NCBI GenBank assembly: GCA_951406725.2
Contig: OX597822.1
Span: forward strand, 82,956,001-83,020,000
Source of the DNA: Octopus vulgaris
Taxonomy: Eukaryota
Reading direction: 5' to 3'
Length of the DNA stretch: 64,000 nucleotides
Positions 49,940 through 63,734 of the stretch are shown here, piece by piece; the stretch's first letter is position 1, and each line of letters starts with the position of its first letter. The position numbers were made by a program, and so were the translations under genes. The notes beneath the pieces are model-generated. The model was not told the origin of the DNA. It did not search any database and saw nothing but the letters and a program-made list of their open reading frames with translations.

Positions 49940-50370
49940 TCCAAGCAAGTAAATTATCGCGAGAAATTAATTGTTGATTACGTCCTCTTTATGGGGATTC
50001 ACTGAAAAAAGAAAAAAATACTGCTAGGTTTTGTATCACCTTTCAAAGTTCATTATCCGATTTCAAGTCATTAACCTCTCTCAATCATTTCCCGTAATTA
50101 TACAAATTAATCTATTTCTTTTTTGTTTTTCAACATGTAAAATGTACATCCTCTGATCTGCGGCTTTGTGTTTAACAAATAATTTTATCACTTAGGTGCA
50201 GTGATGGCTGTGTGGCCAAGAAGCTTGCTCTGCAACCACGTAGCTTCGGGTTCAGTCCCAGCTCGCGGCATCTTGAACAAGTATCTTTTATTATCTCCTT
50301 AAGAGTATCAATGTAAGTGAATTTGGTATGCGGAAACTGTGTGGAAGCTCGTCGTATAAATGTATATATA

Positions 50371-50952
50371 GAGGTAGAATCAAGAAGACATGGGACGATG
50401 TGGTGAAGCATGATCTTCGAACTCTGGGCCTTACAGAGGCAATGACTAGTGACCGAGGCATTTGGCGATATGCTGTGCTTGAGAAGCCCCGTCAAGCCAA
50501 GTCAAATCGTAGTCGTGGTTGATACTGGTGTCACGTAACTGGCACCTGTGCCGCTAGACCGTAAACAGCACCTTTCGAGCGTTGGGCCTGATGGAGGAAA
50601 AGTGGCTGAGCTCCTTTCGAGTGTTGGGTCTCAAGGAGACCTTTGGCATTATGTCGTGCTTGAGAAGAAAACCCATCAAACCGAGAAAAATCAGTCATGG
50701 CAGATACTGGTGTCACGTGAGTGGTACCCATGCCGGTGAAACGTAAAAGCAACATGGTGCCACGCAAATGGCACCCGTGCTGGTAGAAAGTAAAAGCACC
50801 CATTATACTCTCGGAGTGGTTGGTGTTAGGAAGGGCATCCAGCCGTAGAAACCATGCCAAACCAGACTGGAATCTGGTGCAACCTTCCAGGTTACCAGCC
50901 CTGGTCAAACCGTCCAACCCATGCCAGCATAAACAACGAGCATAAAATGATG

Positions 50953-50953
<1 letters not shown>
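50371..50953 (+). mobile_element. 5'-truncated RTE-type LINE 3' end nested in a SINE A (head 50196-50370, tail 51075-51280)
   Basis: RGRIKKTWDDVVKHDLRTLGLTEAMTSDRGIWRYAV is the RTE C-terminal RGRP.KTW...DR..WR motif. The fragment ends in tgatgat. Confidence 0.8.
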
Positions 50954-51029
<76 letters not shown>

Positions 51030-51034
51030 TGTGT

Positions 51035-51077
<43 letters not shown>

Positions 51078-51614
51078 TGTGTCTTTCCTTCCATCCACTG
51101 TTTGACAACCGGCGTTGGTTTGTTTACGCCACCGTAACTTAGCGGTCCTGCAAAAGATCTGATACAGGAAGTGTCTCAAACTTAAAAACTTAAAAAATAA
51201 ACTTAAAAAATAAATACTGGGGCTGACAAGACGATGCCACAGCATGGCCGCAGTCCAATGACGAAAGCAAGTGAAAAAAAGGCACGAATTATTTTCAAAG
51301 TTTCCGAAACGGAACAAAAAAACAAAAAAAAAAACTATACAGGTGAGGTAAGAACTGACGAAACTCCCTTTTCCTTTGGGAGTAAACGTGAGAAGATTTC
51401 TTTTCTCTCACCTAATTAGAGGCAAATTTGAATAAATTAAACATTTACTAAACCCGGCATTCATTTCTTCCCCTTTCCCCTTAATTATCTAATTTTATGC
51501 CATTCACATCTTTCATTCCGGTCTGTCAGGATTCTGCTTTTTTCTTCTACTTGAGGCAAAATTTTAATAAATTTAGAATTTACTGCGTTCGCCATATGAC
51601 AATTAATCTTCATA

Positions 51615-52230
51615 AACATGCATGCAAACACACACACATACGAATATATACATACATGTGGATATAAATGTACAGGCATACACATGTACATATGTACATA
51701 CATACATGCATACATACACACATACATACACACATACATACACACATACATGCACACACACATACACACACACACACACATATATATATACACACACAGA
51801 GAGACATACATGCATGCATTCAAATATGCATGCGTACGTATATATGCACATGCATACATATATGCATACAAACATAGTCAAATGCACATATATACATATA
51901 TATATATATAAACACATATATTTACCCATATACATATATGCATATAAATTGCTGCATAAACGTTTACAAATGTATAAAAGAATTACACACACACATACGT
52001 ATATACATTCATACATATATGCTTATATATATATACACACATATATATGTATAAATGTATATATATGCAAGTACATATATACATATATAAATAAATGTAT
52101 ATATGCGTATATATATATATACATACACATGTACGTATGCATATGTATATATACATACATATGCTTTCGCACATGCACATACGCACATGCACATACGCAC
52201 ATGCACATACGCACATGCACATACGCACAC
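51615..52230. repeat. Degenerate (CATA)/(TA)/(GCACAT) microsatellite field
   Basis: Read directly from the sequence. Confidence 0.9.
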
Positions 52231-52526
52231 ATAATATGGCACCTAAGGACATGCTTTGATGATTGCTGAGTCAGGTAAGGTGAAGGTAAAGAGTGATTGA
52301 AAATGTGTCCCTTGTTGTTTCCCCCTTACCTTAACCTTAGCTTGGAGTCAAGGAAAAAAATACAAGTTGAAGGCATATGCAATCATATCAGTAGAACTTA
52401 GAAGCAAATCTGTGAAAAAATCACACACACACATACAGACACACACACACACACACACAAGACTGAACGGAATGAAATGCAATTTCATGTTCAATGATAT
52501 TGTAATGGCGATTATGTAACTTTGTG

Positions 52527-54072
52527 AGGCGGCGAGCTGGCAGAAGTGTTAGCATGCCGGGCGAAAATGCGTAGCCGTATTTCGTCTACCGTTACGTTGT
52601 GAGTTCAAATTCCGCCGAGATCGACTTTGCCTTTCATCCTTTCGGGGTCGATAAATTAAGTACCAGTTACGCACTGGAGTCGATATAATCGACTTAATCC
52701 GTCTGTCTGTCTTTGTTTGTCCTCTCTGTGTTTAGTTTCTTGTGGGTAGTAAAGAAATAGGTATTTCGTCTGTCGCTACGTTCTGAGTTCAAATTCCACC
52801 GTGGTCGACTTTGCCTTTCATCATTTCGGGTTCGATTAATTAAGTACCAGTTACGCTCTGGGATCGATATAATCGACTTAATCCGTTTGTCTGTCCTTGT
52901 TTGTCCTCTCTGTGTTTAGCCTCTTGTAGGTAGTAAAGAAATAGGTATTTAGTCCGTCTTAACGGTCTGAGTTTAAATTCCGCCGAGGTCGACTTTGACT
53001 TTCATTCTTTGTTTGAGTTTTTCACGTTTCGAGTCTACGCTCTTCTACAGAAGGATTTGAAAAGAGAAATGTATACTTGTGTGTGTATATGTATCTGTGT
53101 GTGAATGTGTATGTATGTGAGTGTATGTGCGTATGTGTGTGTGTGTGTATGTTTAGTTGTGTGTGTATCTGTATGTGTGTGTGCGTGTGTGTGTTTTTGT
53201 GTCGATGTAATCGACTTAATCCCTTTGTCTGTCCTGGTTTGTCTCCTCTATGTTTAGTTCCTTGTGGGCAATAAAAAAATAAGAAACGTTAGCACGCTGG
53301 GCGAAATGCCTAGCCGTATTTCGTCTGCCGTTACGTTCTGAGTTCAAATTCCGCCGAGGTCGAATTTGCCTTTCATCCTTTCGGTGTCGATTAAATATGT
53401 ACCAGTTACGCACTGGGTTCGATATAATCGACTTAATCCATTTGTCTGTCCTTGTTAAGGGGGCAATCTGGCAGAAACGTTAGCACGCCGGGCGAAATGC
53501 TTAGCAGTATTTCGTCTGCTGCTACATTCTGGGTTCAAATTCCGCCGAGGTCGACTTTGCCTTTCATCCTTTCGGAGTCGATTAAATAAGTACCAGTTAC
53601 GCACTGGGGTCGATATAATCGACTTAATCCTTTTGTCTGTCCTTGTTTGTCCTCTCTGTGTTTAGCCCCTTGTGGGTAGTAAAGAAATAGGTATTTCGTC
53701 TGCCATTATGTTCTGAGTTCAAATTCCGCCGAAGTCGACTTTGACTTTCATCCTTTCGGCGTCGATAAATTAAGTACCGGTTACGCACTGGGGTCGATAT
53801 AATCGACTTAATCCCTTTGTCTTTCCTTGTTTGTCGCCTCTATGTTTAGCCCCTTGTGGGCAATAAAGAAATAAGAAACGTTAGTGTGCCGGGCGAAACG
53901 CTTAGCGGCATTTTGTCTGTCTACGTTTTGAGTTCAAATTCCACCAAGGTCGGCTTTGCCTTTCATCCTTTCGGGATCGATAAATTAAGTACCAGTTGCG
54001 TACTGGAGTTGATCTAATCTACTGCCCCCTCCCCCAAAATTTCGAGCCTTGTGCCTTGAGTAGAAAAGAATA
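52527..54072 (+). mobile_element. SINE family B multimer array with an internal insertion and 13-bp TSD
   Basis: ATGTAACTTTGTG at 52514-52526 and ATGCAACTTTGTG at 54073-54085. About 7 units, with a foreign segment at 53010-53200. Confidence 0.85.
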
Positions 54073-55328
54073 ATGCAACTTTGTGTTATTTTAATGGTAT
54101 TTCATGGATACAGGCGCAACATATCTTTATATTTATAGCATGTACAAATACCTACATCTTCTAGTAACAATCACACACGAACACAAACACATATATATAT
54201 AAGACGGGCTTCTTTCAGTTTCTGTTTACCAAATCCACTCACAAGGCTCTGGCCGTCGGGAAGTTATGCTAGAAGACACTTGGCCGAGGTGCCACGTAGT
54301 GGGAATGAACCCAGAACCGTGTGCTTGGCAAGCAAACGTCTTTTACTTTATCAGAGCGTCATACCAAGACACACTGCTTGTTGTTCCCTTACCTGTCTGT
54401 TTTTTTTTTTATGATTGTGTTTTTCACGTTTCGAGTCGACACTCTTCTACAGAAGGAATTGAGAAGAGAAATCATGCAGAAAACAGATGTACATTACCTA
54501 TCAGGTGTGTGTGTATGTGTGTGTGTGTGTGTGTGTGTATGTGTGTGTGTGTGTTTATGTGTTTGCATGTGTGTGTATGTGTATGTGTGTTTATGTGTGC
54601 GTGTATGTGTGTATGTGTGTGTGCGTATGTGTGAGAATGTGTGTGCATGTGTGTGTGTATGTATGTGTGTGTGTGTGTGTGTCTACTCGTGTGTGTGTAT
54701 CTATGTGTGTGTATGTGTGCGTGCGTGTGTTTGTGTCTTTATGTATGAATGCTTGTATGCATGTCTGTATGTGTGGAGGGATATGTACATGAATGATATG
54801 TCTATGGATGCCCGTAATGGTGCATATATGTATTTGAATGCCTCTTGAGTGCATGAACGCATATTTGTATGGATATAAGTAATTTTTTTTTTAGCTATAT
54901 AAATTCTTCCCGGAAAGAAAAACCTATTTTCTAACATAGAAACAAAGCCCTATCGTTTGGCGAACGAAAGTGAATGTACCGTGTTGAACATTAGCAAAAG
55001 ACCGACATTCTTTCACTGTTCCGCACCAGTTGATTATCTCTTTGGAATATATACATTAGATCAGAGACAATCTTTCGGCTTTCAGTCACAGATGGGAGGA
55101 TTGTTGACCAGGTCTTGGTTAGCATTTCGATGGCAGTAACCAAGGCAACAAGTAGTGATTTCAGCAGACATAACTGGGGAACAAAACTGAAGGCTTTCTG
55201 AAATCCAGTCATTAATTTTACGTTAAGACTGAAATTGTCGCAAAGATGTAACAAACCGCTTCTATCCTGTTTCCTTCTTCAGATACGCTATTTTTAATTT
55301 CATATATAATCCGTTATTCTTTTTGAAA

Positions 55329-55575
55329 TGTGGAGGCGCGTGGCTTAGTGGTTAGGGTGTCAGCATCATGATCGTAAGATTGTGGTTTCGATTCCGGGAC
55401 CGGTACAACACATTGTGTTCTTGAGCAAAATACTTCATTTCACGTTGCTCCAGTCCCTTCAGCTGGCAAAAATGAGTAACGCTGCGATGGACTGGCGTTC
55501 CGGCCAGCTGGGGAACACATGCGCCATCGAAACCGGGCCCATGAGCCTGGCTAGGCTTTAAAAGGGCGCGTTTAT
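55329..55575 (+). mobile_element. SINE family C variant
   Basis: tgtggaggcgcgtggcttagtggttag...gtttcgattcc...gtgttcttgagcaaaatactt. Confidence 0.85.
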
Positions 55576-56074
55576 TATATTATTATATTATTCTTTTTTA
55601 AATGCTCTATGATGCCATTTGAAGGAGATTTAACGCCTATCTTTGCAAGGCAGACAGTGACATCGAGACATTAATCGTTGGAATATTCTGGATATTTTCT
55701 GCCGTTGAAGAAGAACAGTATGTTTTTGGCAGTATTTACGTATAGGTGTTTGATTATTGTGAAATATAGAGATGGTGGGGCTAATATTTGCAGCGAATGT
55801 GAGGTTTCAGCCATATATTTTTCATGAGTGAAGAAAGAAGTTCCTAAACTGACTTTTTGATACGTAAGTGTGGGTATTGTGCTTACGTGTTAACCAAACA
55901 GTCAACAGCATCATGTCTTTTTATTGGAGAATGTTTCGATGTATTTATTCTTGGAAGTCGTTAGGTATGAGGGTTGCATATGGGTAGCGAACACTTTGTA
56001 GCGGGAGTTTGATCCCCATTCGCCAAACGCTGCTGCATCTAGAGGTAAGTGTCGGTCCCGTGCATATTTTTTGC

Positions 56075-56430
56075 TGGTTTCACTTACTGGACTATGCCAT
56101 GCTGGGACACCTCCTTGAAGGGTTTAGCCAAAAAATTTGCACACCGTACTTATTTTTAAGTCCAGTACTCATTCAGTCGGTGGCTTTTGCTGAACCGCTA
56201 CGTTACGAGGACGTAAACAAACCAACACTAGTTATCAAGTGGTGGTGAGGAATAAATACAAACGTAAAGAGACATGCATATACATACACATATACGGAGG
56301 AATTCCACATAGTTTCCGTCTACCAGACTCACGAAGTATTAGTTGGCTTTGCGAAGGCACTTGACCCACGTGACACGCAAAGTTACAAAGTTACAAAGCG
56401 AACTTCTTAATCACACAATCAAACCTGCGC
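56075..56430 (-). mobile_element. SINE family A, old copy
   Basis: Degenerate family A motifs. Confidence 0.6.
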
Positions 56431-56984
56431 CTCCTTACAAATACGAAGACATTTTAATTTTAATTTAGCATTTTTATTTTAAAACAAAATCAAAATGATT
56501 TTAAATGGAAAATAGAAGTTAACAGAGTAGACACATTCGAACGTAATTACATTATTAACAGATTATTTTCAAATTAAAACAATAGAATTGGTTTTCACAG
56601 CAGAAATCTTGATTGTTTTGTATTGTTTGTGCATCAGGTTTATGATTTCTTAAGTTTCGAAGGACGACACTTGAACAAAGTCAAAACATAATAAACGGCA
56701 GAGAATTAATATTTTACAATTGAACAGACAAAAAGAGAAACGATTCAAAGGTGTCTGTTATAAAGAACGGTTCTTTTACTTTCGGGGAAAGTTCGCATCA
56801 TAACCTTTTTTGATATTGACAAGGCATCTTGAATGAGTGACGAATGGAAATGATCGCATCGCCTTTTGTTGATTGTTATCGTTGTTTAATATCTCGTCTT
56901 GTAAATTAAACAGCGATCTTTGATTTATACTCCCTCCGGTATTAACAGATCATGCACGGATTATGTATCATTTAATCTTTATCA

Positions 56985-57495
56985 GATAGAAAGTGCGAGA
57001 GAGGGAGAGAGAGAGAGAGAGACAAAGAAAGAGACAGAAAAAGAGAGAGTCAGCAGGCAGAGAGAGAGAGAGAGCAAGAAAGAGAGAAAGAGACAGACAG
57101 AGAAAGAGACAGAAAAAAGAAAGAGAGAGTGAGAAAGAGAGTCAGGCAGAAAAAGAGAGAGACAGACAGACAGAGAAAGAAACGGAGACAGAGAAAGAGA
57201 AAGAGTGAGTGGGAGAGGGAGTTAGGCAGAAAAAGAGAGAGAGAGAGACAGACAGACAGAAGAAGAGAAAGAAAGAGTGAGAGAGAGAGGGAGTTAGGCA
57301 GAAAAAGAGAGAGAGAGAGACAGACAGACAGAAAAAGAGAAAGAAAGAGTGAGAGAGAGAGAAAGAGTCAGGCAGAAAAAGAGAAGAGAGAGCCAGACAG
57401 ACAGAGAAAGAAACCGAGAAAGAGAGAGAGAGGGAGAGAGAGACAGAGAGAGAGAGAAAGAGAGAGAGAGCGAAAGAGAGAGAGAGAGCGAGTGA
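56985..57495. repeat. Complex purine-rich (GA)n tract with internal ~60-bp duplications
   Basis: gagagggagttaggcagaaaaagagagagagagacagacagacagaa occurs twice. Confidence 0.9.
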
Positions 57496-57910
57496 TTGTA
57501 TATTCTCGTAACACAGAGTATCCTGACCAAATTAATTCCTAGTTACAGTAGAGTGTTTTGTGTGTTTGAATACAAGAGAAACTGATGGGAGTTCGTTGCT
57601 CGTTGCTGTAGTTTATTGGTGCGTTTGGTTTGTTCCTTTGGATTTGGATTTTACTTAAAACCCTTAACACGGTTTGCGCTCGCGTTCGATTGAGCGGTGG
57701 TGCCAGGCTGCTTCTGAACGATAAAGGTTGGACACCTCTAAGTCTGCAATGTTACCGGACCCGAGTTGTTTTCTAAAAGCGTCTCAACCTCAAGCGGCGC
57801 ATGCCTTAGTTCGGCGCTCGCATCCGCCTGTAAGTCTGCGAGCGCGAAGGAGATTCCAGAAAATTCCCCTTGAGGAGAAGCAGGTTTAGTTAGTTTAGTC
57901 AGTGTGTTAG

Positions 57911-58216
57911 TTGTTGTTTGTTCTTTCTCGAGCCATGCTTGGCGCATAAGGGCCGGTTCCCCGGTTTCTTGGCGTATAGGTTCCCCACCTGGACGGGACG
58001 CCAGTCCGTCGCAGGTGAGCTGCAAGATGCAGGAGGAAAGAGTGAAAGAAAGTTGTGGCGAAAGAGTCAGCAGAAGTTTCGCCATTACCTTCTGCCGGAT
58101 CCGCGTGGAGCTTAGGTGTTTCGCTCATAAACACATATCGCCCGGGCTGAGATTCGAACCCGCGATTCCTCGACCGCGAGTCCACTGCTCTAACCACTAA
58201 GCCATGTGCCTCCACA
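57911..58216 (-). mobile_element. SINE family C variant with TSD
   Basis: tRNA-like head on the minus strand; GTGTGTTAG at 57902-57910 and GTGTGCTAG at 58217-58225. Confidence 0.85.
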
Positions 58217-58419
58217 GTGTGCTAGCACTGTGGAGAAGTGACAAAGAATAGGTGACAAGAAGAGGGAAGACTGGGTGGGCTTAGACGGGTGAGATATTCA
58301 ACTAGATAACTCTGAGGAACTGTGGTTTTACAGCAGGAGTAATAGAGTCTCTGTGGTAGCGGTGGAATTGTGTTCAGCAACAACTGTTGATTCTGTTTTA
58401 TCATCACGACTCATAATTA

Positions 58420-58620
58420 TTTCTACTTGAGATACAGAAATTTGGTGGTGGGTGGATAATCGATTACTTCGGCTAGAGCTCTCGGCTGGGACTTATTTTA
58501 TCGACCCCGAAAAGACGAAAAGCAAAGTTGACCTCGGTGGAATTTAGAACGTAAAGCCGGAATAAATGCTGCTAAGCGTTTTATCTGGCGTGCAAACGAT
58601 CCTTCCAGCTCGCTGCCTTG
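58420..58620 (-). mobile_element. SINE family B monomer
   Basis: Family B motifs. Confidence 0.75.
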
Positions 58621-58836
58621 ATTTACTCAGCTTACATATAATAAAACGCTATGTGTGTCCCGTTGGTTACGCTGGTAGAGGGAGATTAAAAAGGACAAGC
58701 ATAATGGAAGTGAGTGAGAGTCAGAAACGCTAAATACAGGCAAACTGTAGTAAAAGGTTTTGCACTGAAGCCTCTGATATTTTAATCAAAATAAAACTGC
58801 AAATTTTTTATCGCAAATTCTATTTAGTTTATCAGC

Positions 58837-58898
<62 letters not shown>

Positions 58899-58899
<1 letters not shown>

Positions 58900-59271
58900 C
58901 TATATATATAAAACACATCTATATATATATATATAAAACAGGTGGCGAGCTGGCAGAAACGTTAGCACGCCGGGCAAAATGCGTGGCTGTATTTCGTCTG
59001 TGGTTACGTTCTGAGTTCAAATTCCGCCGAGGTTGACTTTGCCTTTCATCCTTTCGGGGTCGATAAATTAAGTACCAGTTGCGCACTGGGGCCGATGTAA
59101 TCGACTTAATTCGTTTGTCTGTTCTTGTTTATCCCCTCTATGTTTAGCCCCTTGTGGGTAATAAAGAAACATATATATATAAAACACAGGACGTGTACCT
59201 GTCTGTGTGTTAGTCATGTTATAACTGGAGGTCCACCCAACCGATTTTAATGAAATTTTATGCATAAATTT

Positions 59272-59275
<4 letters not shown>
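58899..59275 (+). mobile_element. 5' part of a putative non-autonomous Helitron, interrupted by SINE B (58941-59170)
   Basis: A|TCTATATATATAAAAC start followed by gtctgtgtg...ccgattttaatgaaatt. atatatataaaaca is duplicated around the SINE. Confidence 0.5.
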
Positions 59276-59314
<39 letters not shown>

Positions 59315-59996
59315 TTTTATTTTTCCTTTCATTTTACTCGGTCTTCTCTTGCATCATCCGTCTTAATATTCTGAATTTAAATTCCGCTGACGTCGACCTT
59401 TGTCTTTCTACCGTTCGGAGTCGATGAAATGAGTATGCCATTTGTGTCCTGGGGTAGACGTAACCGACTAACCCCTTCCCCCCACTAAAGTTGCGGGCCT
59501 TGTACCGACATTTGAAACAATTCCAAACGATAAGTCATGACCATGATGACTACAATGACACCTACGACGGCAGCGAGGGCAAGCATGACGATGACGATAG
59601 CAATAACGCTAAAGACAAGCGCAATGATAGGAACGATAAGGCCTGGCTTTCCACTCGACGTTCTTTTCATCTTTCTTGTAAAATTGTATAATGTTTGATG
59701 TTCAAAGAGAATTAAATAAATTTAGTTTCAAAATGTGATTTTAGAAAATTTGATAATGTTGGAGCAAACACCTGCTTTAATGTCATAAATGGCATGGTTT
59801 GTAGGTTGACGTTGAAGCCAAGCTTCTAATTTGTGTTGATATTTATCATTATACACACACACCTGTATATATGTATGTGTATATGCACGTATATATATAT
59901 ATATATATATACACTCACATATACATACATACATATATACATATATGTGCGACTGTGTTTGTATAAGTATGCATGTGTGTATTCGTGTATGTTTAA

Positions 59997-60300
59997 GCGC
60001 AGGCGTGACTGTATGGTTAGAGGTTTGCTTCCCATCCACGTGATTCCGGGTTCAGTCCCATTGCGTGCCACATTTGGCATGTGTCTTTTCCTATAACCTC
60101 GGGCCGATCAAAACCTTATCAGTGGATATATATACATATATATATGTATATATATGTGTGTATATATATAAATATATATATACATGCATACATACATACA
60201 TACATATATATGTATATGTATATATAAGTGGTATTGGTGTGTTTATTTCCCATAACACCAATAAAAGAAACTGATAGAATAAGCATCAAGTTTAAAAATG
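59997..60300 (+). mobile_element. SINE family A
   Basis: Head and core at 59997-60127, tail remnant at 60230-60300. Confidence 0.7.
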
Positions 60301-60543
60301 GTAAATACGGACACAAACTGTGTGTCGATAGCTAGCTGGAAAAGATGTTTTCCTGGGGCCAAAACAACAGTAACATCGTCCTTTAAAGGACTGCCACGTT
60401 ATGTTGGCATATAAGCATTCGGTACTATAAGTATTCGATACTATATATACATGCATATATATACATAAGTAAATATATACATACATATATATACATATAT
60501 ATATATACACATACATACACACATACAAACACACACACACACT

Positions 60544-60598
<55 letters not shown>

Positions 60599-62819
60599 AG
60601 TGGTTTTGGAAGGGCGCTCCTTTGGTGGATGGAGTAATGAATATGAAAATTATGTGTAATGTAAGTCAGTTTGTAGGCAGAAAAGAGTAGTTGTGTAGGA
60701 AGGATTATGGAGAAAGGCTGGAAAAAGTTTGTATTTCTTGGTGCTGAAGAAGAGGGAATGGTGGAGACTGTGTCACTGGTTTGATAAAGGAAATTTGTTA
60801 TTGCTTGGGTTTATACACATCACTCCACCCATGAAAGTAACACCCTACCAAAAACATTATATATAAAGCTTGAAGATTAAATTAAGATATAGCTAGTAAT
60901 CACTGTTAATCCAAAATGTCGAAGTCGTTATAACCATTTTGCTTGTAAAATTAATATATGTCTGTAGGCGTGCTTGAGTATGTCTGTCTTAGTACGAGAA
61001 AAATAACCAAATTTGATTCATCGTATAAATGAATATATCCTATTTGGGAAAATACATATAAAAGGTCGATGATATAACCCCATAACAAAAAGAAAGATCC
61101 GCATACTGACCTCTACCACACAAACATCAGTGTACATCTGTATAATTACGCGTGCTTTCTAAGATAAATCTCTTTCTATGTACCCGTAAATATTCAACAA
61201 AGATTTGGCAATTAGTAACATACCTCACACGCATGCGTACACCAATACTTCCACAAACTCGTACAAACATATACAGCTATACACGCATACACATGGCTGT
61301 ACACACATATACAACCATTACACATATGTACACAGACACAGACCTATACAAACATATTTTAATTAGTAAAAGAGCACCCTTATATTAAATACCTCGTTTA
61401 GATAACTCTACCATATTATGTATGTATGTCTCCTGGGTTGTTTTAACAGTAATTAAATTTAGCCACCTGGAAAGTTCTCTGGAGGTATTTTTTCTGCTTC
61501 AGTACAGTGGATATATTTTGGTTGAATATAAGAACGCCGGTCTTATCACTAGGAGTAGGACACAATGAGAAATGTTTTCTGTATTTTTGAATTTGAGAAG
61601 AAATATATTTTTTTACAAATATTCACGACCTTACAAAAACTGTATCAGCTTTGACCTTCTCTAAACGCATTAAAAGCATCATAACATAACTTGAACACTA
61701 TTTTAGAAAATTATTTCCCTTCTCTTTAAGCATGTTAAATTTAGTTGGGGCAAAATGAGTAAGCCAAAATAAATTGGCCTCTTCAGTTAGTTCTGAATTA
61801 CATTTGAAAAAAAGACTCATACACATCAATGTCCATCTTTAGACATCAAAAAGATCAGAAATGCAACAAAAATTTAAAATATCTTGGTCAAATGAAAGAG
61901 GATCAGGGGAAAACGGCGCATAATATGAAATTAACGAAACTCCACTAAATAAAAAACTCAGCATAAGATATTCTCTATAGCTTCCCCACGATCTGCTGGA
62001 GTGTCCGACATCAACCTATCATGTAGGTAAAGAGAAGAAATTATTGAAATTAGTCACGGCTCATTTTGCCCCATCTTCGACAATTTTTTAGAAGATTTAA
62101 AATGATCAGATTAGACATCAGTGTGAGTAAAAATTAACTTGGAATCCAATATAGAAATGATTGTTAAACAACAAAATATTATTTTGTTAGCGACCGCAAT
62201 TACAGTCGGGTCAAAATTGACCTGACTATGTTCCAGACTCTTTCAACTTCAACAACAACAGTCATGCTGACCAATTTTTACTCGTAAAGATGATGCAACG
62301 AAGTAAAATGGTGATGCAATACTCGCAATGCAATGATTCCAAACAGGCAGAAAGAAAATAACATGAAATCAGAAATTACTCATTTTACCCCACCAGCACC
62401 TATTCCTTTGCTTATCTCGCTTTGCGTCAACTCTATGACAGCTCTGCTTCATACATTTTGGGTTCACGAATATCTGTCTTTAATCAACTTCAGGTGAAAG
62501 TTCACGTGGGTGATGAAACATCGAGACGTGTGGCTGGAAAGAGAAAAGACGTTTTTCGTTATATAACCGAAATACTGATTAATTCCTTTTGTTTAATTAA
62601 ATTCAAATAAGTCTTTGTTATAGATTTAATTATTTTCTAATTGCTTAGAGAAACCTTTCAATTACTAAATATTTCGTTTGGACAAATCAAGGGTTTGTGT
62701 AGACTTAATTACATCATATGCATACATATATGTGTGTATTTATCTGTTATATATATATATGAATACAGACACACACACATACACACATATGTATATATGC
62801 ACACGCACAAACATATATG

Positions 62820-62857
<38 letters not shown>

Positions 62858-62874
62858 CATACACATATATATTA

Positions 62875-63039
62875 TAGGCGCTGGAGTGGCGGTGTAGTAA
62901 GTAGCTTGCTTCCCAACCACATGGTTCCGGGTTCAGTTACGCTGCGTGGCACCTTGGGCAAGTGTCTTCTACTATAGCCTCGGGCCGACCAAAGCCTTGT
63001 GAGTGGATTTGGTAGATGGAAACTGAAAGAAGCCCATAG

Positions 63040-63105
<66 letters not shown>

Positions 63106-63275
63106 TGTGTGTCTGTATTTGGCAACCGGTGTTGGTGTGTTTACGTCTTTTGCTGTTCGGCAAAAGAGACCGATAGAATAAGTACTAGGCTTACAAAGAA
63201 TAAGCCCTGGGGTCGATTTGTTCGACGAAAGTCGGTGCTCCAGCATGGCCACTGTCAAATGACTGAAACGAATAA
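62875..63275 (+). mobile_element. SINE family A, near full length and young-looking
   Basis: Head, core, internal (TA)(TG)n and tail are all present. Confidence 0.9.
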
Positions 63276-63404
63276 TATATAAACATATCTGCAGATGTAT
63301 GCATATATGTCTGTCTGTCTGTCTGTCTGTCTGCACGATTGTCAATGCTAAGAAGTACTGGCGTCAATTGGAAGTTCTGTACAAAAGATTTACCGAAGAA
63401 ACAT

Positions 63405-63706
63405 CCATCATTGGTTAGAGTATTCACCTCACGATCGTAAGGTTGTGTGTTCGAATCCCCAGCAGCGCGTTGTGTTCTTGAGCAAAATACTTTATTCCAC
63501 ATTACTCCAGTCACTAATCTGGCAAAAATAAGCAGTACCTGTAATTCAGATGGGGCTAGTCTTCTCACGCTGAATCTCCTTAAGAATTACGTTAAGGGTG
63601 CGTGTATCTGTGGAGTGCTCAGCCACTTGCACGTTAATTTCACGAGCAGGCTGTTCCGTTGATCGGATCATCTGGAAGCCTCGTCGTCGTAACTGACCGA
63701 GTGCTA
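63405..63706 (+). mobile_element. SINE family C
   Basis: ggttagag...gttcgaatccc...gtgttcttgagcaaaatactt, with the tail shared with 4226-4607. Confidence 0.8.
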
Positions 63707-63734
63707 GTTTTTATCAATCTATTTTTGACATGGT

